From the NCBI GenBank assembly GCA_010093605.1, contig MU004201.1, positions 563,106 to 588,294 of the forward strand: DNA of 25,189 nt, given 5' to 3'. A model generated the notes under the pieces. The model did no database searches, was not told the origin of the DNA, and was given only the letters and a program-made list of their open reading frames with translations. This DNA comes from Lophium mytilinum (Eukaryota). How positions within the stretch are numbered: position 1 is the first letter of the stretch; each line of letters begins with the position of its first letter. Made by a program: the position numbers and the translations under genes. Shown here in pieces: positions 10,330 to 22,647 of the stretch.

Positions 10330-13300
10330 GAAAGCCTAGGGGTAACAGGGCAAGTACTACGGTTTGAACACGCAAAAAGCCTCTATATGCGGTGGCTATA
10401 ATATCTTGGATCTAAGAATATAGGTGCCGCTTCAGGACCACTAAATTCTAGCAGAGCGCAGTGGCGTCTTAGAAAGACTGCTTTTATCTTCGACTATAAA
10501 CCAGGGGACCGCAGTGGTAGGGAAGCTCTTGTAGCTTTAATATTTGTAGCGGAAGGGGGAATCGCGTGGATAAGAAGATAGTATATAAGGCTACAGATTG
10601 AAGGCTTTATAGGTAGGATTTGCACGGTAAGGTAGAGCATGGAGGCATATCTGACGACTACCAACTAGGTTAGGAATTACCGTAGTAGAGGACTTGCATT
10701 CTAGCATGTAAAAGTAAATTTACTAGCCAGTTAAGGAAGGCTTTAAGGCACCCCAGGCGGCGGCACTATTTTAGAAGGCCCGGCCTTTTTCTTCTATATT
10801 TAATATGCGAAGCTACATCTAGGCATTTAGCTTTGGGCTTTATTTTAGAATGGTAAAATGAATGTTTTGCACATACAAACTTGGGTATTGAGGCACGCCT
10901 AGCAGCGCGATATATTTAGAAGAGCTGCTCTTCTTCTGCTCTTATTTATAAAGCCCTATTATAACCTTTGTGTCGCAGGACTTATATTAGCTTCGCTGGC
11001 AGGGGACTTGCGTGGTTGGACTAGCCCTTGAGCTACTTGCCAGGTCACAGAAGATGGGATATCAAGCATTAACTTAGAGCTCCCAACTCTTAGGGAAGCC
11101 ATCTACTTTAGCTTCTATTAGGCTGAAAGGTATGTTTTCTAGATTAAGAGAGACCACTCTAAAGCAGTGCCAGACGGCCTTAAACATCTTATTTAACTTT
11201 TCACTCTTCCATCTTACTTTATAAGACACGCCAAGATAAGCTTATAGAAATTTAATAGCAATATTAACTCACCACAGATTTCCTATATTAACTTTCCGTA
11301 GTTCCGTCCCAGACGCCTTCCGATCTACTGCACGAACAGTGTAGCGTTTTACCGCAGTCTACATTAGTCAAAAAAAAGGAAGGCAGTAAGATAAGACTCT
11401 ATCGCTAAAGATGACAATGACTCCGATAGTTCGGGGCCTAACAATAACACCGATTGCTACAAAGACTTCCTTCCGGGTCGCCTTTCATGGGATGAATTTG
11501 TCTGTTCTCTTCGAATTAAGCAAGAAGAATCTCCTCTTGTCGCCAACCTTCTTGGTGAGTGTGCTGGCGTTCGCTATCCGGAGGCAGTAGCGATGGGGGA
11601 GGTGGGATAGAGGAGGAACTGGATAGTTTTTCTTCTAGATTCAACAGGTGGGTTCTATGAGATGTTTGAGGTCGCTAATTAGAGACTGGCAGGATAGGTT
11701 GAGTAGTGGGTGGGAGGTCGTGCTTAGTGGTATAGTAAGAGGAGGGAGGAGAGGGAGGTTAAAGGATCTTGAGCTCTAAGAGCGAGCGCAGGAAGACCTC
11801 TCGCCCAGTGCTGGACTTTCTAAGAAGAAGACGCCTTGTTACAGTACGCATCTAGGTCTGGCAAGACGGGGACAAGGGCATTCCGATTTCAAGCTAGTTA
11901 TAGTAAGAGTATTCCAATGCAAGCTAAGTATGGCCGGAGATGAAGAGAGATAAAATAGCTCTAAATCCAACGTTGAGAACGTAGCAGCGACGCTAATAAT
12001 AAGTAAGTATGTCTTTACAGCTTTTCTAATTAAAGTTTTAAGTACCTCATTCCGTTTCGAACCTAGGGCGTGGAGCATAGTAATAGCGTGGTGGGACTAT
12101 TAGACATTTGTAATATTTCTAGAGACTCCTATAAGCATACGCGCTAATTAGCTACCGCGCTAGGTACAAGGAGTTCCGACTCGCCCACCCGCTTTGCAAG
12201 ATTAGAGCTGGGCACTTCTAACTTAATAATGAGGCTTAGGTCGCCCGTTCCTTCTATGGTTGGCAAGTTAGTTTCATGCAGCTTGGCGGTTGCATATATG
12301 TTTTCGTCGGTCTCCCGTCGGTCTCCTTGGTTTCGCCACGACGAGCTTATTTGGGTCTAAATTCGTTAGCAGATAGATTGGTGATTAAGGCCACTAAAGG
12401 CGTAGAATTAAGGGCCTGCAGGTTCTTCGGGTGCTTAATGCCGTGGATTCTAGTTAGCGTCTACTTTCTCATGGGAAGAGAAAACCAGAGAAGTGTACCT
12501 TTGCGGGTCCTCCCTTCCTCTTTAGATGTGGAGTTGATTTTGCTGGAAATAAAGAAGGGGCGAAGGCGTATGGTAACGCATGAGAGCATATGGTCTGCTT
12601 CATGCCCTTATAGCATTTAGTTTAGTCTTTTTTAGAGGCTCGGCATTAGCCAATCCATCGTTCAGGCCTCTTAATGTTAGTTAAGTCCCCTAGTTAACGT
12701 CCATTATACTTGCATTACTGCTGGAGTTGCTCTTCGGTTGAATACTAGAGTCTCCAGCATTAGGATTATCTCCTAAGGAGTGGTCATCTACTTGCATTAC
12801 GGTATCTACATCTATGGGCTCAACCCTAGCATCTTCTCGCTCTACGATATCCTTGCTTTAAAGGACAGCGTTATACCTTAGCCGTACTGCAATGGCATCC
12901 CCTTTAAACTCTCTGTAGTCTCGCGCGGCCGTATTAAGCAATTGGGTAGCACTATCTGCACTCTTAGGTGTCTCCTCGCAATCTCGAGTAGTTTCTAAGC
13001 TTCCTTAACAACGCAATTAGCGGCCTACACTAGTGCATCATCGGCTCTCTCTTTAGGCACTTACTCCGTAACTACTTGTTCCCGGTGAAACGTCCAGCAT
13101 ATCTTAATCCATCTCCGGCTCGTGCATGCGTGCGTGTTGTGTGGCATTGTTGCCGGCATCTTAATATCGTGTGGCTATAAAGTTAGTTGCTGGCACAATT
13201 GCGCCGGCGCTATAGTTGATCGGCCTCTTCGGGACCTTCTTTATGGTAGCCTGTTAGTATCTTACAAGTACTCTCTCTTTAAAGTCTCCTAGTGTTTAAT

Positions 13301-13343
13301 GTTGCTTCTGTAAGAGGTCTGAATTAATGTAGTTAATTGACAT
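10330..13343 (-). pseudogene. Degraded gene or genes of unknown product
   Basis: ATG at 13343 opens a long, low-complexity, protein-like frame interrupted mostly by TAA/TAG. Intron-like segment at about 10877-10819 (GTATGT..GCTAAA..TAG) and a donor GTGAGT at about 11272. No family motif recognised; boundaries approximate. Confidence 0.4.
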
Positions 13344-13539
13344 GCAAATGGCAATAGGGACTTAGCCTAGCGCACGGCTGGTGTTAAGGGCAGTGGAAGG
13401 TATGGTAGGAGTAGCAGTTACTTAAGGATAATACGATGTAGTGTTCTGTTAATAAGGCGCATGCATTAAGCCTATATAGCTAAGTTACCCCAGCCGTAAT
13501 TAAATATCACCAGTCCGGCCCGTTCGAGGAAGATGAGAC

Positions 13540-14427
13540 ATTAGTGAGCCTCCTCCGCCTGCTCTCCGTAGAGAGAGTCCCTTAGGTCCCACCTATGTCT
13601 ACTAGGAACCACGCCTCGCCCTTAGGAGGAGTCCATAGGAGCCAAGCCTTCGCAGTCCCTAAAGAGAACCAAAAGACATTAAGAGCCCCATCCACCGCCT
13701 CTCTCTTAAGTAGTTCACGACACCTCCGACGTCTCTAGTTAAGCCTATTTAAGAAAGCCTTTATAACTTGTTCAAGGACTTCGGCATGGAACTCTTTGAT
13801 TATTCGGGTTGTCGTCTTCTAGTAGGAATCTGTGCGGTATTTAAACAAGCGACCATGCTTATTGGTGTAATATTCCTAACTCGTCTAAGGTATTAAATAT
13901 TAACTTGTATTTGTGGCTCCTGCAAGGCCATAGCCGGAAGCCTCCCTCTCCCAGCCCAAAGGTCTTTAAAGTACGGTGAGTCTTATGCGACATCCGAGTA
14001 TATCGATTGTTATCGTGTGCTGTGTCGTGTGCTGCGTTGTGTGGTTATTCCTTAGGGCGCATTATTGATAGGTGTTAAAGTTAACTGCCTCCAGAGGCAT
14101 AATATTAAGGAGGGGGGCGGGAGGGGATTTAGAGGATACGTCTCTGCGTATACGTCTCTGCGTTGGCCCGTAAAGACGGGAAGACGTATAGATTTCCTAC
14201 CGACACTACGAGGAGGTGCAGAGTCCGATTTCACCGCATATTTGCTCGACGGCTCTAACCAGGGTATATCATCGTGCGCGCAGCACGATCTCGAGATGAA
14301 GATTATAACGGACTTCACGTCATTCGACAACAACGCGCCGTACGAGTTGCTAAGACGCACTTGGGGTGGTCGTCTTGAATGCAGTAGATTTGCTTCGTGG
14401 TTTCGGGCCTATGCGCTATTAGCTTGA
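13540..14427 (+). pseudogene. Possible degraded gene of unknown product
   Basis: The frame of ORF 14065-14427 extends upstream about 500 nt through TAA/TAG stops only, and ends at TGA. Confidence 0.3.
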
Positions 14428-14809
14428 GTCCTCTACCACGGGTGAAGCGTCCACGTACCTGGGAGAAAATAATCCGTCGCCTCCTAAAAGCCCCGTCAGA
14501 TTATAAGACTGCCTATAGATATTACTAAGCTCTTACTATTACCGGCGCATCTACTCCTACCACATTGTCCTCCTTGATTAACAGCTCCCTCGCCTTGTAG
14601 CAGAGCTCTTTTACTTGGCTCCCTGGTATTAGCCAACATGTGCAAGGTTGGCGAATCGCCCCAGATTAAGAAGGGAGCGAGTGAGAACGTTCCTACCACG
14701 ACGTATGTCGACTAAACCGGCCTTAGAATTAGGAACCAAGGGTAAGCGTTTGTGGCATATTTCTCAAGACTCTTAATAGATAAGCAGCGGTTTAAGTATC
14801 TAGTTTATG

Positions 14810-16215
14810 CTATTTCATTTAAAGCAATATTCGATTCTTCGTCTATACTCTATTGTTAGAGTTGGGCATCTACTTCTTCTTCTTCTCTGTCACCGTCTGC
14901 GTCTTGTCTTGTCCTTCGCTTCAGCCGAGCCGTCTTGCTGTGTCGCGATGGCTTACCAGAATTTCACCAGCCGTTCTTTCCCCTCCGAATACGGCGTCTT
15001 CCTTACGCGGCTTCTATCTCTACTTGTGCAGAGCAGCCGCTGCAAGAAGAGCTCTTCGCCCCATAATTGGTGCGTTTCTAATTCCTCCCTTATTTACATA
15101 ATCGCGCGACAACTCCATCGCGTACTGTGGTTGTATACTATAGTTAGTGCAGCGGCGGTAGGGATATGTTGGGTACGTTTAACTTGTTGTAAGGGATAAA
15201 TTGTTTGGAGAGAGAATGTAATATAGATGTAGATACCCCCAAGAGCGCTCTTTAAGACTTTTATTACTTAAGTGGGAGGGTCCGTTTAACGAGGATGGTT
15301 CGGGAGCTTGGGTGTCTGGCCTGGCCCATGTTGGGCTTGTAGTTGTTAGCGCAATTAGAATAGGGCGCAGGGAGAAGGTGCTTGCCCTTCTCGTTATTAC
15401 TCGAGCTCAAGACGCGTGTAGAGCCTCAGGATCCGAAGGGCTAAGCTACCTCGATAGCTGTATTGTAGCCCAGCGAGGAGTAAGTATAGGTTGAGTCACG
15501 GCACTCTTCTGCGCCGCAGTACGTTACGTCGAACTTTAATTTCCCACGCCTCTCGCCTTTTCTTCACAACCCGCAGATCTATTTCCTATCGTCCCATCTC
15601 ACCGCCTATTATATCCTCTTTGAATTTAAGTCCAAAAACTTACGAAATCGGCCCTAAGAAAACAAATCCAAGATAAGCGCACGGAACCTGAGCGGGACGG
15701 GAACATCGAGGCAATGCCCCATTGACAGTATCTGTAGCGCATTCGCAGTTGTAGATAATAGGGGGGTATAGTGCGGTTAAATGGCGGGGGCCTGGATAGA
15801 ATTGTGGGTGTAACGGTAGGCTAGACGCGCCGCGGTGGAGCTCCGAGGATGACGAGAGAGCGGGGTGTAGCGTTGGGGATACTCTTCTAGGTCTGCGCAA
15901 GCTTGACGAAGAAGGTTTACTAGGCAGCGAAGATGTTGTCGTTGGCGCCGAGGCAAGACATGATGCCGTCGATAGGGGCCAGGCGTCGCAATACTGCCTT
16001 AGCGCTTTCTTCGATGTATTTGTAGGTGGAATGGGTAGAGAAGGGCTTATAGTGTTTTCAGCGTCTGCATGGGACTAGAGGTGCAGTAGGCTGGAGGCAT
16101 TGCGATGGGAGGTGCAGCTGGAGGCATCGCAATGGGAGGTGCAGCTGGAGGCATCGCGATTGCGATTAGGCCCTGTCGTAGGGCATCGCAGGTGGGATTA
16201 ATGGAGCGGAGGCAT
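14810..16215 (-). pseudogene. Possible degraded gene of unknown product
   Basis: ATG at about 16215 starts a Ser/Pro-rich frame that includes ORF 15640-15900 and continues with scattered stops. No motif recognised. Confidence 0.25.
16090..16160. repeat. 27 bp tandem repeat, about 2.6 copies
   Basis: GCTGGAGGCATYGCRATGGGAGGTGCA at 16090, 16117 and 16144. Confidence 0.9.
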
Positions 16216-16860
16216 AGTTTGTATAAACAAGGTACGAGACTGGGCCTGTGAATAGAATAGCCAGTGCTAAAGTGTAGATGCATAGTATAGTGCTTCCGGC
16301 TGGAATATTTCAGCCGCTAAGAAAGAACCCCTGCTTACCCAAGACGCTAACGCGATTGAGGACATCTCTTTCTTTAATAATATCTCCGTCTCTAGTAGTT
16401 AGAAAGCTGCGAGATTCTATAACATGTCGTTTCAGGTACCCAGGACTATAATCGACCGGGCTTTAAGTTACTTTGTGGTTGATGAAATCCTAAGATATCT
16501 TATATTCCTGGCAGATAGGTACTTATTCTATAGGGCCGTGGGGCCGACCACCAGCGCAGCGGAAAGCACCCCCGCAAAAAGGTTGCAGCTGGCAAAGTGG
16601 GTACGAAAGTGGCCATAATAGGCCGTTTCTGCGACGCATAACTACTAAAGTATAGAGTGAGAGTCATTATTTAGCGTGAATTAATTGTTGGAGATCCCGA
16701 AGTTCTTGGGATATTGAATCGAGATAAGAGCGCCGCCGCGTGGGGGCCCTGCCCAGACAGGGTCTAGGAACCCGGGCAACCGCAATACGTTACAGCGTCG
16801 CACAATAAAATATACCCGCATCCTGTATATAGGCAACTAACAACCCTTATATCTATAGCC

Positions 16861-18378
16861 ATGCAGTTTAATAACTCTCCTTCTACGCCGGCCTCGGAAG
16901 ATCGCATCTCCTTATGTGTTGAATTGGTGCGCGAATACTACCCTACACCGCCCCTCGAAGAACAAAGACCCTTGAAGCGGCGTCGCGCCATGTCCCTCCC
17001 GCGCGCCCTTTAGCACCGCAATTGCAGCCTAAAGCGACCAAGGATGGACAACAACGAAGAGGACCTCGGCCTAAAACCTGAACAGAGTGTGTCGCAGATT
17101 GGAATCAATCCGCTTGCGTTGAACTAAACGAACAGATTTAACTTAGCCGTTAGTGGTATTTCCGCCAACGGCACGAAACGTCCATTAAGCCCAACGCGCG
17201 AAGTATCTGTTTAACTTAAAGGCGCATCGCCGTCAGTGCACACGGATGACCTGGTATATCCAGGGAACACCTATTAGAGCAAGTCTTTTAACTCAGTAAA
17301 CGGCTTTCGAAGGGCTTTACTTCCGGATTCATTCCACCTTGTTTGAAAGTACGTGTGCATACCCACGAGACGTTTTGATTGGACTAACGTGTGTCTAGAA
17401 AGTGATCGAAAATGACACTATGCTGGGCCCTCAACTATTACTAGATATCGACCCCGAAGATTATAAGATAGATTCCACCCGCAACGTTGCTGAGGCGTTT
17501 ACTATATGGAAGGAAGTTAAGAGCATCTTTCTCGACGCGCATATATGCAAGATTGACGGTCAAGATAAGAATGCGTGGTGTAGCCATGTGGTTAAGCCGC
17601 TTCTTCGGCTAGTCATAGCTATATACGGCAAGGAGAAATGGAAGTACTACAGCGTGTACGCATCTTCCTCTTAATAATTGTTAAATAGTAGCTAACCAAA
17701 CTATTTGTCTAGGCAAACGCAGTCCATTAATTATAAGTACCTCTCTACGACTACGACTGGCCCCCTTGGCTATCCTAAACCCTTCGATCGCAAGACTAAC
17801 TACGCTTTCTTGTACTTGAAAGCAAACTCTACACACTCTAGACTCTACGACAAGGCTTTTAGGAAAAAATGGAAATTGGGCACACAACTAATACGTCCTT
17901 AAAGCGGATTGCCCTCTTTTCTAGTATTGAGGTCCAACCGCGATTAGGGGATAATACAGAGGCTGAGGTCCAGATGAGCGTATGGATCGCTGCGTCGTTA
18001 CGCAAGAAGCGAGAGCTCGCTTAGCTTGCGAAGAAATCCTGCAAGCCCGGAGTTATTGTGGAGCCCGCTTTTACGATTGTTGGACATGTCCATACCGTCT
18101 TTTATGCGTATTTGCGCTCGGCCACCCCATCTAATAATGGTGTTGCTGTCCCAGGTGCAGACAAACTGTTGGGTGATGACGAGTGTAGGGAGGATGTGCA
18201 TACCCTTAGAGACACGTCTGCTCGGCTTACTTCGTTGAAAACAGATTCTATTCGTGGAGTCTTTCAGTGGCTTAGATTGTACGGGAACGTATTGGAGTAT
18301 GGGATGGATGAGGGGAAGACCGGGTATTGGGGACGGTTCCTTGGGCCTGTGCTAGAGAAGCTGGCTGCTGACTCGTAA
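16861..18378 (+). pseudogene. Fungal PD-(D/E)xK nuclease-like gene (PDDEXK_12-type), disrupted
   Basis: ATG at 16861; introns 17349-17398 (GTACGT..CTAAC..TAG) and 17656-17712 (GTACGC..CTAAC..TAG). Motifs: GFIPPCLK, DKNAWCSHVVKPLL, RKTNY, SSIEVQP..G...EAEVQMSVWIAA, EPAFTIVGH. Carries TAA/TAG stops plus two frameshifts (about 17250-17280, and the A-run at about 17864). Confidence 0.8.
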
Positions 18379-18429
18379 CTTGTGCTTCCATAGAACGCTT
18401 TCTTTACTTAGGCTGTAGACTCTATATCT

Positions 18430-19080
18430 ATTAGTATGAACAGTATTTTAGTATGAACAGTACGTCTCCAACAATATAAACTGTGCTTCTGCAGCACTAT
18501 CGATATGCCCTTCGATGCCATGTTAATGCTCGGGAGCGGACTCTAACTTTATTGATGCTTCGCGTTCACGATCCTCTAGATGGAACGAAAATTAGATGTT
18601 AAAACAATATAGCTCCTACATTGATATGAACAGCTTCTACATGATATAAACGGTACGTCTGCAATACTATTAACATGCCCCTTACTGCCATATTAACGCT
18701 CAAGAGCGCACTCCAACTTAATCGACGCTTCGCGTTCACGATCCCCTAGAAGGAACGACACTCCCGGTTACAGCACTCTCTAAAGCTGCTTCAGGCATTA
18801 AATAACGTAACGATATAGCTCCTACAACAATGGGAACGGTATTACGATTAGTGTGTCTACATTGGTAGAATGAGTGCTACTACAATGCTATCCATCTACC
18901 CTTCTTTGCTATGTTAATTCGAAGTGGACTCTAAATCAATGCTTTGCGTTCACGATCTCCCGCAAGGAACTCGCCCCCAGGTTAGGCCACTCGCTGAAGA
19001 CAATCTAGGCATTAAAACGACACAGCTCCTACTCCCCTAGAAAGAAAGAAAATTCCCGATCACAGCACCCTTTAATGACG
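18430..19080. repeat. Three diverged 170-215 bp tandem units between convergent genes
   Basis: GCTTYGCGTTCACGATC at about 18557, 18727 and 18941; AGCTCCTAC at about 18611, 18817 and 19024; shared upstream block ATGCCCYT..TGCCATRTTAAYGCTC. Confidence 0.85.
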
Positions 19081-19295
19081 ATCTAGACATGGAAAGAAAT
19101 AACACCGCCAAAGACCCTTGGTTCCTGCATTCTGGAAACAGCCTCGAGTGCCGTAGGTATTATACCGTTTCGAGCATCGCCAAGTGGAGAAGGAAGGAAA
19201 AGATAACGCCATGATCTTAACCGGGTGCTGTTATGCTTAATAGAGACAGCGAGCGGGCTCCAGGCACCTAACAATTGCCGAAGGAACTGATGCGA

Positions 19296-22200
19296 TCATC
19301 GCGTTTGCCGAACCTGTCTTCGGCCCCCTCGTGTGGATGAAGGGGTTGGAAGGGATTGCTTAGGGTGATGAGCGGTTGACGAGACCCCGGGTTTAAGTTT
19401 GAGTCTGCGAATCTGTTTCCGTTTTGGGGACTTATCTTTAGCATTAGCGTCGACCTCAGCTCTCCCCCTTTTTAAGCTGACGCTATTGCTAGACGATATA
19501 CTAGGAGTTTAAGGGGTCGGAAGGGATTGCTCGGGGTAATGGGCAGTTGACGGGACCACGGGCTTCGGGAGCTTCTTGGGCTGTTTCGGTTTTGGTGGTT
19601 TATCTTTAGCATTGGCGTTAATCTTATCTCTCCTCTTTAAGCTGACGCCATTCCTAGACGATACACCAGGAGTTTGAGGGGTTGGAAGGGATTGCTCGGG
19701 GTAATGGGCAGTTGACGGGACCACGGGCTTAGGAAGAGGCGTGTGCTGTTGCTGGTTTGGCAGTTCATCTTTGGCTTAGGCTTCGGCCTCGTCTCTCCCC
19801 TGTCTTAGGTTGACGCCCATCTTAGGCGATACCTCCCGAATTAGCGCTTCCAATGTTGGAAATACTTGGAGCGGAGCCTTCCCCTTTGGCTAAAGCTATT
19901 TCGCAATCGCTTTGCAATCAATTGCGCTTATACGTGCGAGGTCGGGGCGAAGAATATCGAACCATCGCACGAAATAGTCTCGCTGACCTTTACTTATACC
20001 TTGATACCTTTAAATAGTTAGTGCAACCTTCTAATAATGGGAGACATGACTTACTCGGAGGGTTGTATGGGACGCTTAAGTCGTGTTAAATTACCCGGGC
20101 CGGATGTGACCCTTAGGTTCATATCAACGTTTTCTACTGTGGTGCTGGGAAGAATAAATAACACCTAAACCCTAAGGCGCGAGCACAGCGTATTAAGAAT
20201 GGCGCCGTAGTTTACATACATCTGTAACCTTGATTTTCTGCTCCTCTTAAGTTTCGGATGACTATCTATGGCTTCGTAGGCCCGAGTGGCGGCGGTTTTT
20301 CTGTAACCGGTTTTCAGTTTCTCCTCTTTTATTGCACTTCTCTCCTTGATTGTTAAATGTTTGTCACGCTGTCTAGCCTGCTTTATATCCTTACTTATGC
20401 TCTTCTCCAATTGGACGAATTCGTGAGCAATTCTAAGATATAGAATACGCTTTTTTAGTGTACCTATATAATGTTTATTCTTAACTACTTTAAGCTCGCG
20501 AAGACATCTTAATATGGAGTCCGTGGGCGAAGTATCGTCGGGTTTATTAATCTAGCTGATGGGCGTCTAGCTTAGGCAATTTAGCGTCCGGTCAGCGGTG
20601 CACTGCAGAATTAACTGGAGTGTTCGTGCTTTCCAAACTTCGTCTAGCTTCGGGAAATAGTGTCCTGCATCGTTGAACGCCTCCAGAAGGGCGTTTCTTC
20701 CCGGCTTATCGAATTTATAGACGCTGCTGCACTTGAAAGTATACTAACCACTAGTTACAGTGCGGCACTCTCGAGGTGCTTGCGAGAAATCTTCTTCCGT
20801 TTCGAGGGTTGATAGGTTGATGGATGCCTCTATGGCCAGAGCGTCGGCAAATTAGTAGGAGCCGGGGGGGCGGTTAAAAAGGTACGCTCTCTAGGTAGGA
20901 GCCACACATGTTCGGTAGAGCCAAGTAATGTATTAAGTCCTAAGCGTTTGTGACTCTATTTTTGTGTAGAGCCTAAGATAGCGCTCTATATTATAGTAGC
21001 ATAAGAGAGTATAGAATGCACTATCGGCATTATGGCCGGACTGGAAGAGATAATATTAGATAAGATGACCGCCGGTTCTTGGAAGTTACAGCAACTTACC
21101 GACTTCCTACGACATTGGATCGTTTTCTTGCTCCCGCGTTTTACGAGCTCTAACTGGAACGCGTCCTTCCATTTTAGTGCCGGACCTTCGTTAATACCGA
21201 ATGCCCAAAATTCCCCACGTTACTAATCGGCGATAGCAACAACCTAATGATCCTTCTCTAGTTTCTCGCTTGTTTGGTTATTTGATGGGACATGAAATGG
21301 CAATATAAGGCCGTTATAAGACTCTAGGTTAATGTTCTCCTAAAAAACAAGCTCTGCTTTATTGATGTTGGCTTTAGTGGAGTCGACAACTTTTAGACGA
21401 CGACCATTGTAGATGCCGCTTAGAAGCATTATAAGAAGGCTATTATCCAGCTGTCCTCCTAGAAGAAATCGTTGAAGTCTCCGTTCTAAGTTAGCCGCGT
21501 TTGAATAATTGAACCACGGTGGGGGAACGTTATAGGCGATGAATGCCTTGATTAGACGAGCGATGTTTTTATCTTCTGAACCTTTAGAGATTGGTATATA
21601 GGCGGGGGCGATATATAGCGCCAAGTCCTTGTCGTCTAATATCTTGATTGGCGCTGGAGCTTTGCTCTTAGAGATTTTAAAACGATTGCCTGTTAACAGA
21701 TTTTTGCCGCAGGGGGTTTTTATGCCTTTCTTGCTAGGTTTATCGCCTTCCTTGCTAGGCCTGCACCATCGGTAATCCTCTGGCGTGTCCGGCCATAATG
21801 GGTCCTCAAAATTCATAGAGACAGTAAAATTCTCGCCGGCATTGAGAACCTGGTGGTAGGTCTTAGGTAGGGTTACCATCATCTATCCCGCGGACTGTTC
21901 GATAATGGTGTAATCAATGTCCCACTCCTTTAGGAGTTCCGGCTTAAGAAGGACGTCGAGATGTCGGACAAATTGGAAACAGAAGGAATTCGACTTCTCA
22001 AGCTCGAAAAGGGTCTTTAGTTTCTCCTTAAGATCTTTCTGTGCACTAGGAGGGACAAGCAGCTAGACCTTAGGTGCCCCCACGACTAGTAGATTAACCG
22101 AACTAGTGTATCCATCTTCTAGGTGCATACTGGCTGGCGTACTAGAGTATCTACTAACATACCAATACGGGATGTTGATACCAGGGAGATTGCCCTTAAA

Positions 22201-22638
22201 TCTTCGGCGGAGTTTCTCTCCTGCGTGTATAAGAGAAGTAACAGAATAAGTTCCTAATTTAGGGCTATAGTAGTACGGTAGGCGGTCTAGAGGTAGGTTG
22301 TTGATAGTTTTGTTAAAGAAGTCTTTAGGATTAAGTGCAGGCTTATCCTAAGGAGTAGGGTATTTGTTTGGAAATATAAAAGGTTTTTCTTCGGTGACGT
22401 ATGTGTGGACGAAGCCATTATTGCGGTTAGATGCGAAGCGAAGGGCTGTGACTTCGCGACATTTGCGTGGTGTTTTAGCCGGTATGCCATCCGGCTTAAT
22501 CCGGGGGAGATCATCAACAGTGAATACCATGAAGCCGAATTTACTGGCGGCTCCGTTAGTTTTGGCCTTTATTGTAGCTACCATGTTCTGTCCTAGATCT
22601 TTCACCTTGCATGTGCGATGGTAAATTGGTAGGGGATC
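19296..22638 (-). pseudogene. RIP-inactivated KDM4/Rph1-type JmjC histone demethylase-like multidomain gene (JmjN-like + JmjC + Ulp1/C48-like + C-terminal repeats); start codon not identified
   Basis: Exons 22638-21100, 21040-20055 and 20007-19296 join in frame across introns 21099-21041 (GTAAGT..CTAAT..CAG) and 20054-20008 (GTAAGT..CTAAC..AAG), ending at TGA 19298-19296. JmjC motifs: PGINIPYWY, MHLEDG (His at 22125-22123), SVNLLVVGAPKV*LLVPP, CFQFVRH, EQSAG*MMVTLPKTYHQVLNAGENFTVSMNF. About 18 internal stops, all TAA/TAG; no frameshift needed. Confidence 0.9.
19340..19835 (-). repeat. Three coding repeats of 165-171 bp (55-57 aa) at the C-terminus of the JmjC gene
   Basis: AGGGATTGCT at 19351, 19522 and 19687; translated unit KPVVPSTAHYPEQSLPTP..GVSLKR..ANAKDK. 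Confidence 0.9.
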
Positions 22639-22647
22639 CTAACCGTA

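Noticed and set aside
21032..22624. Plus-strand ORFs 21032-21226, 22364-22624, 22405-22596 and minus ORF 22287-22517
   Set aside because: They are antisense or off-frame shadows of the JmjC gene.
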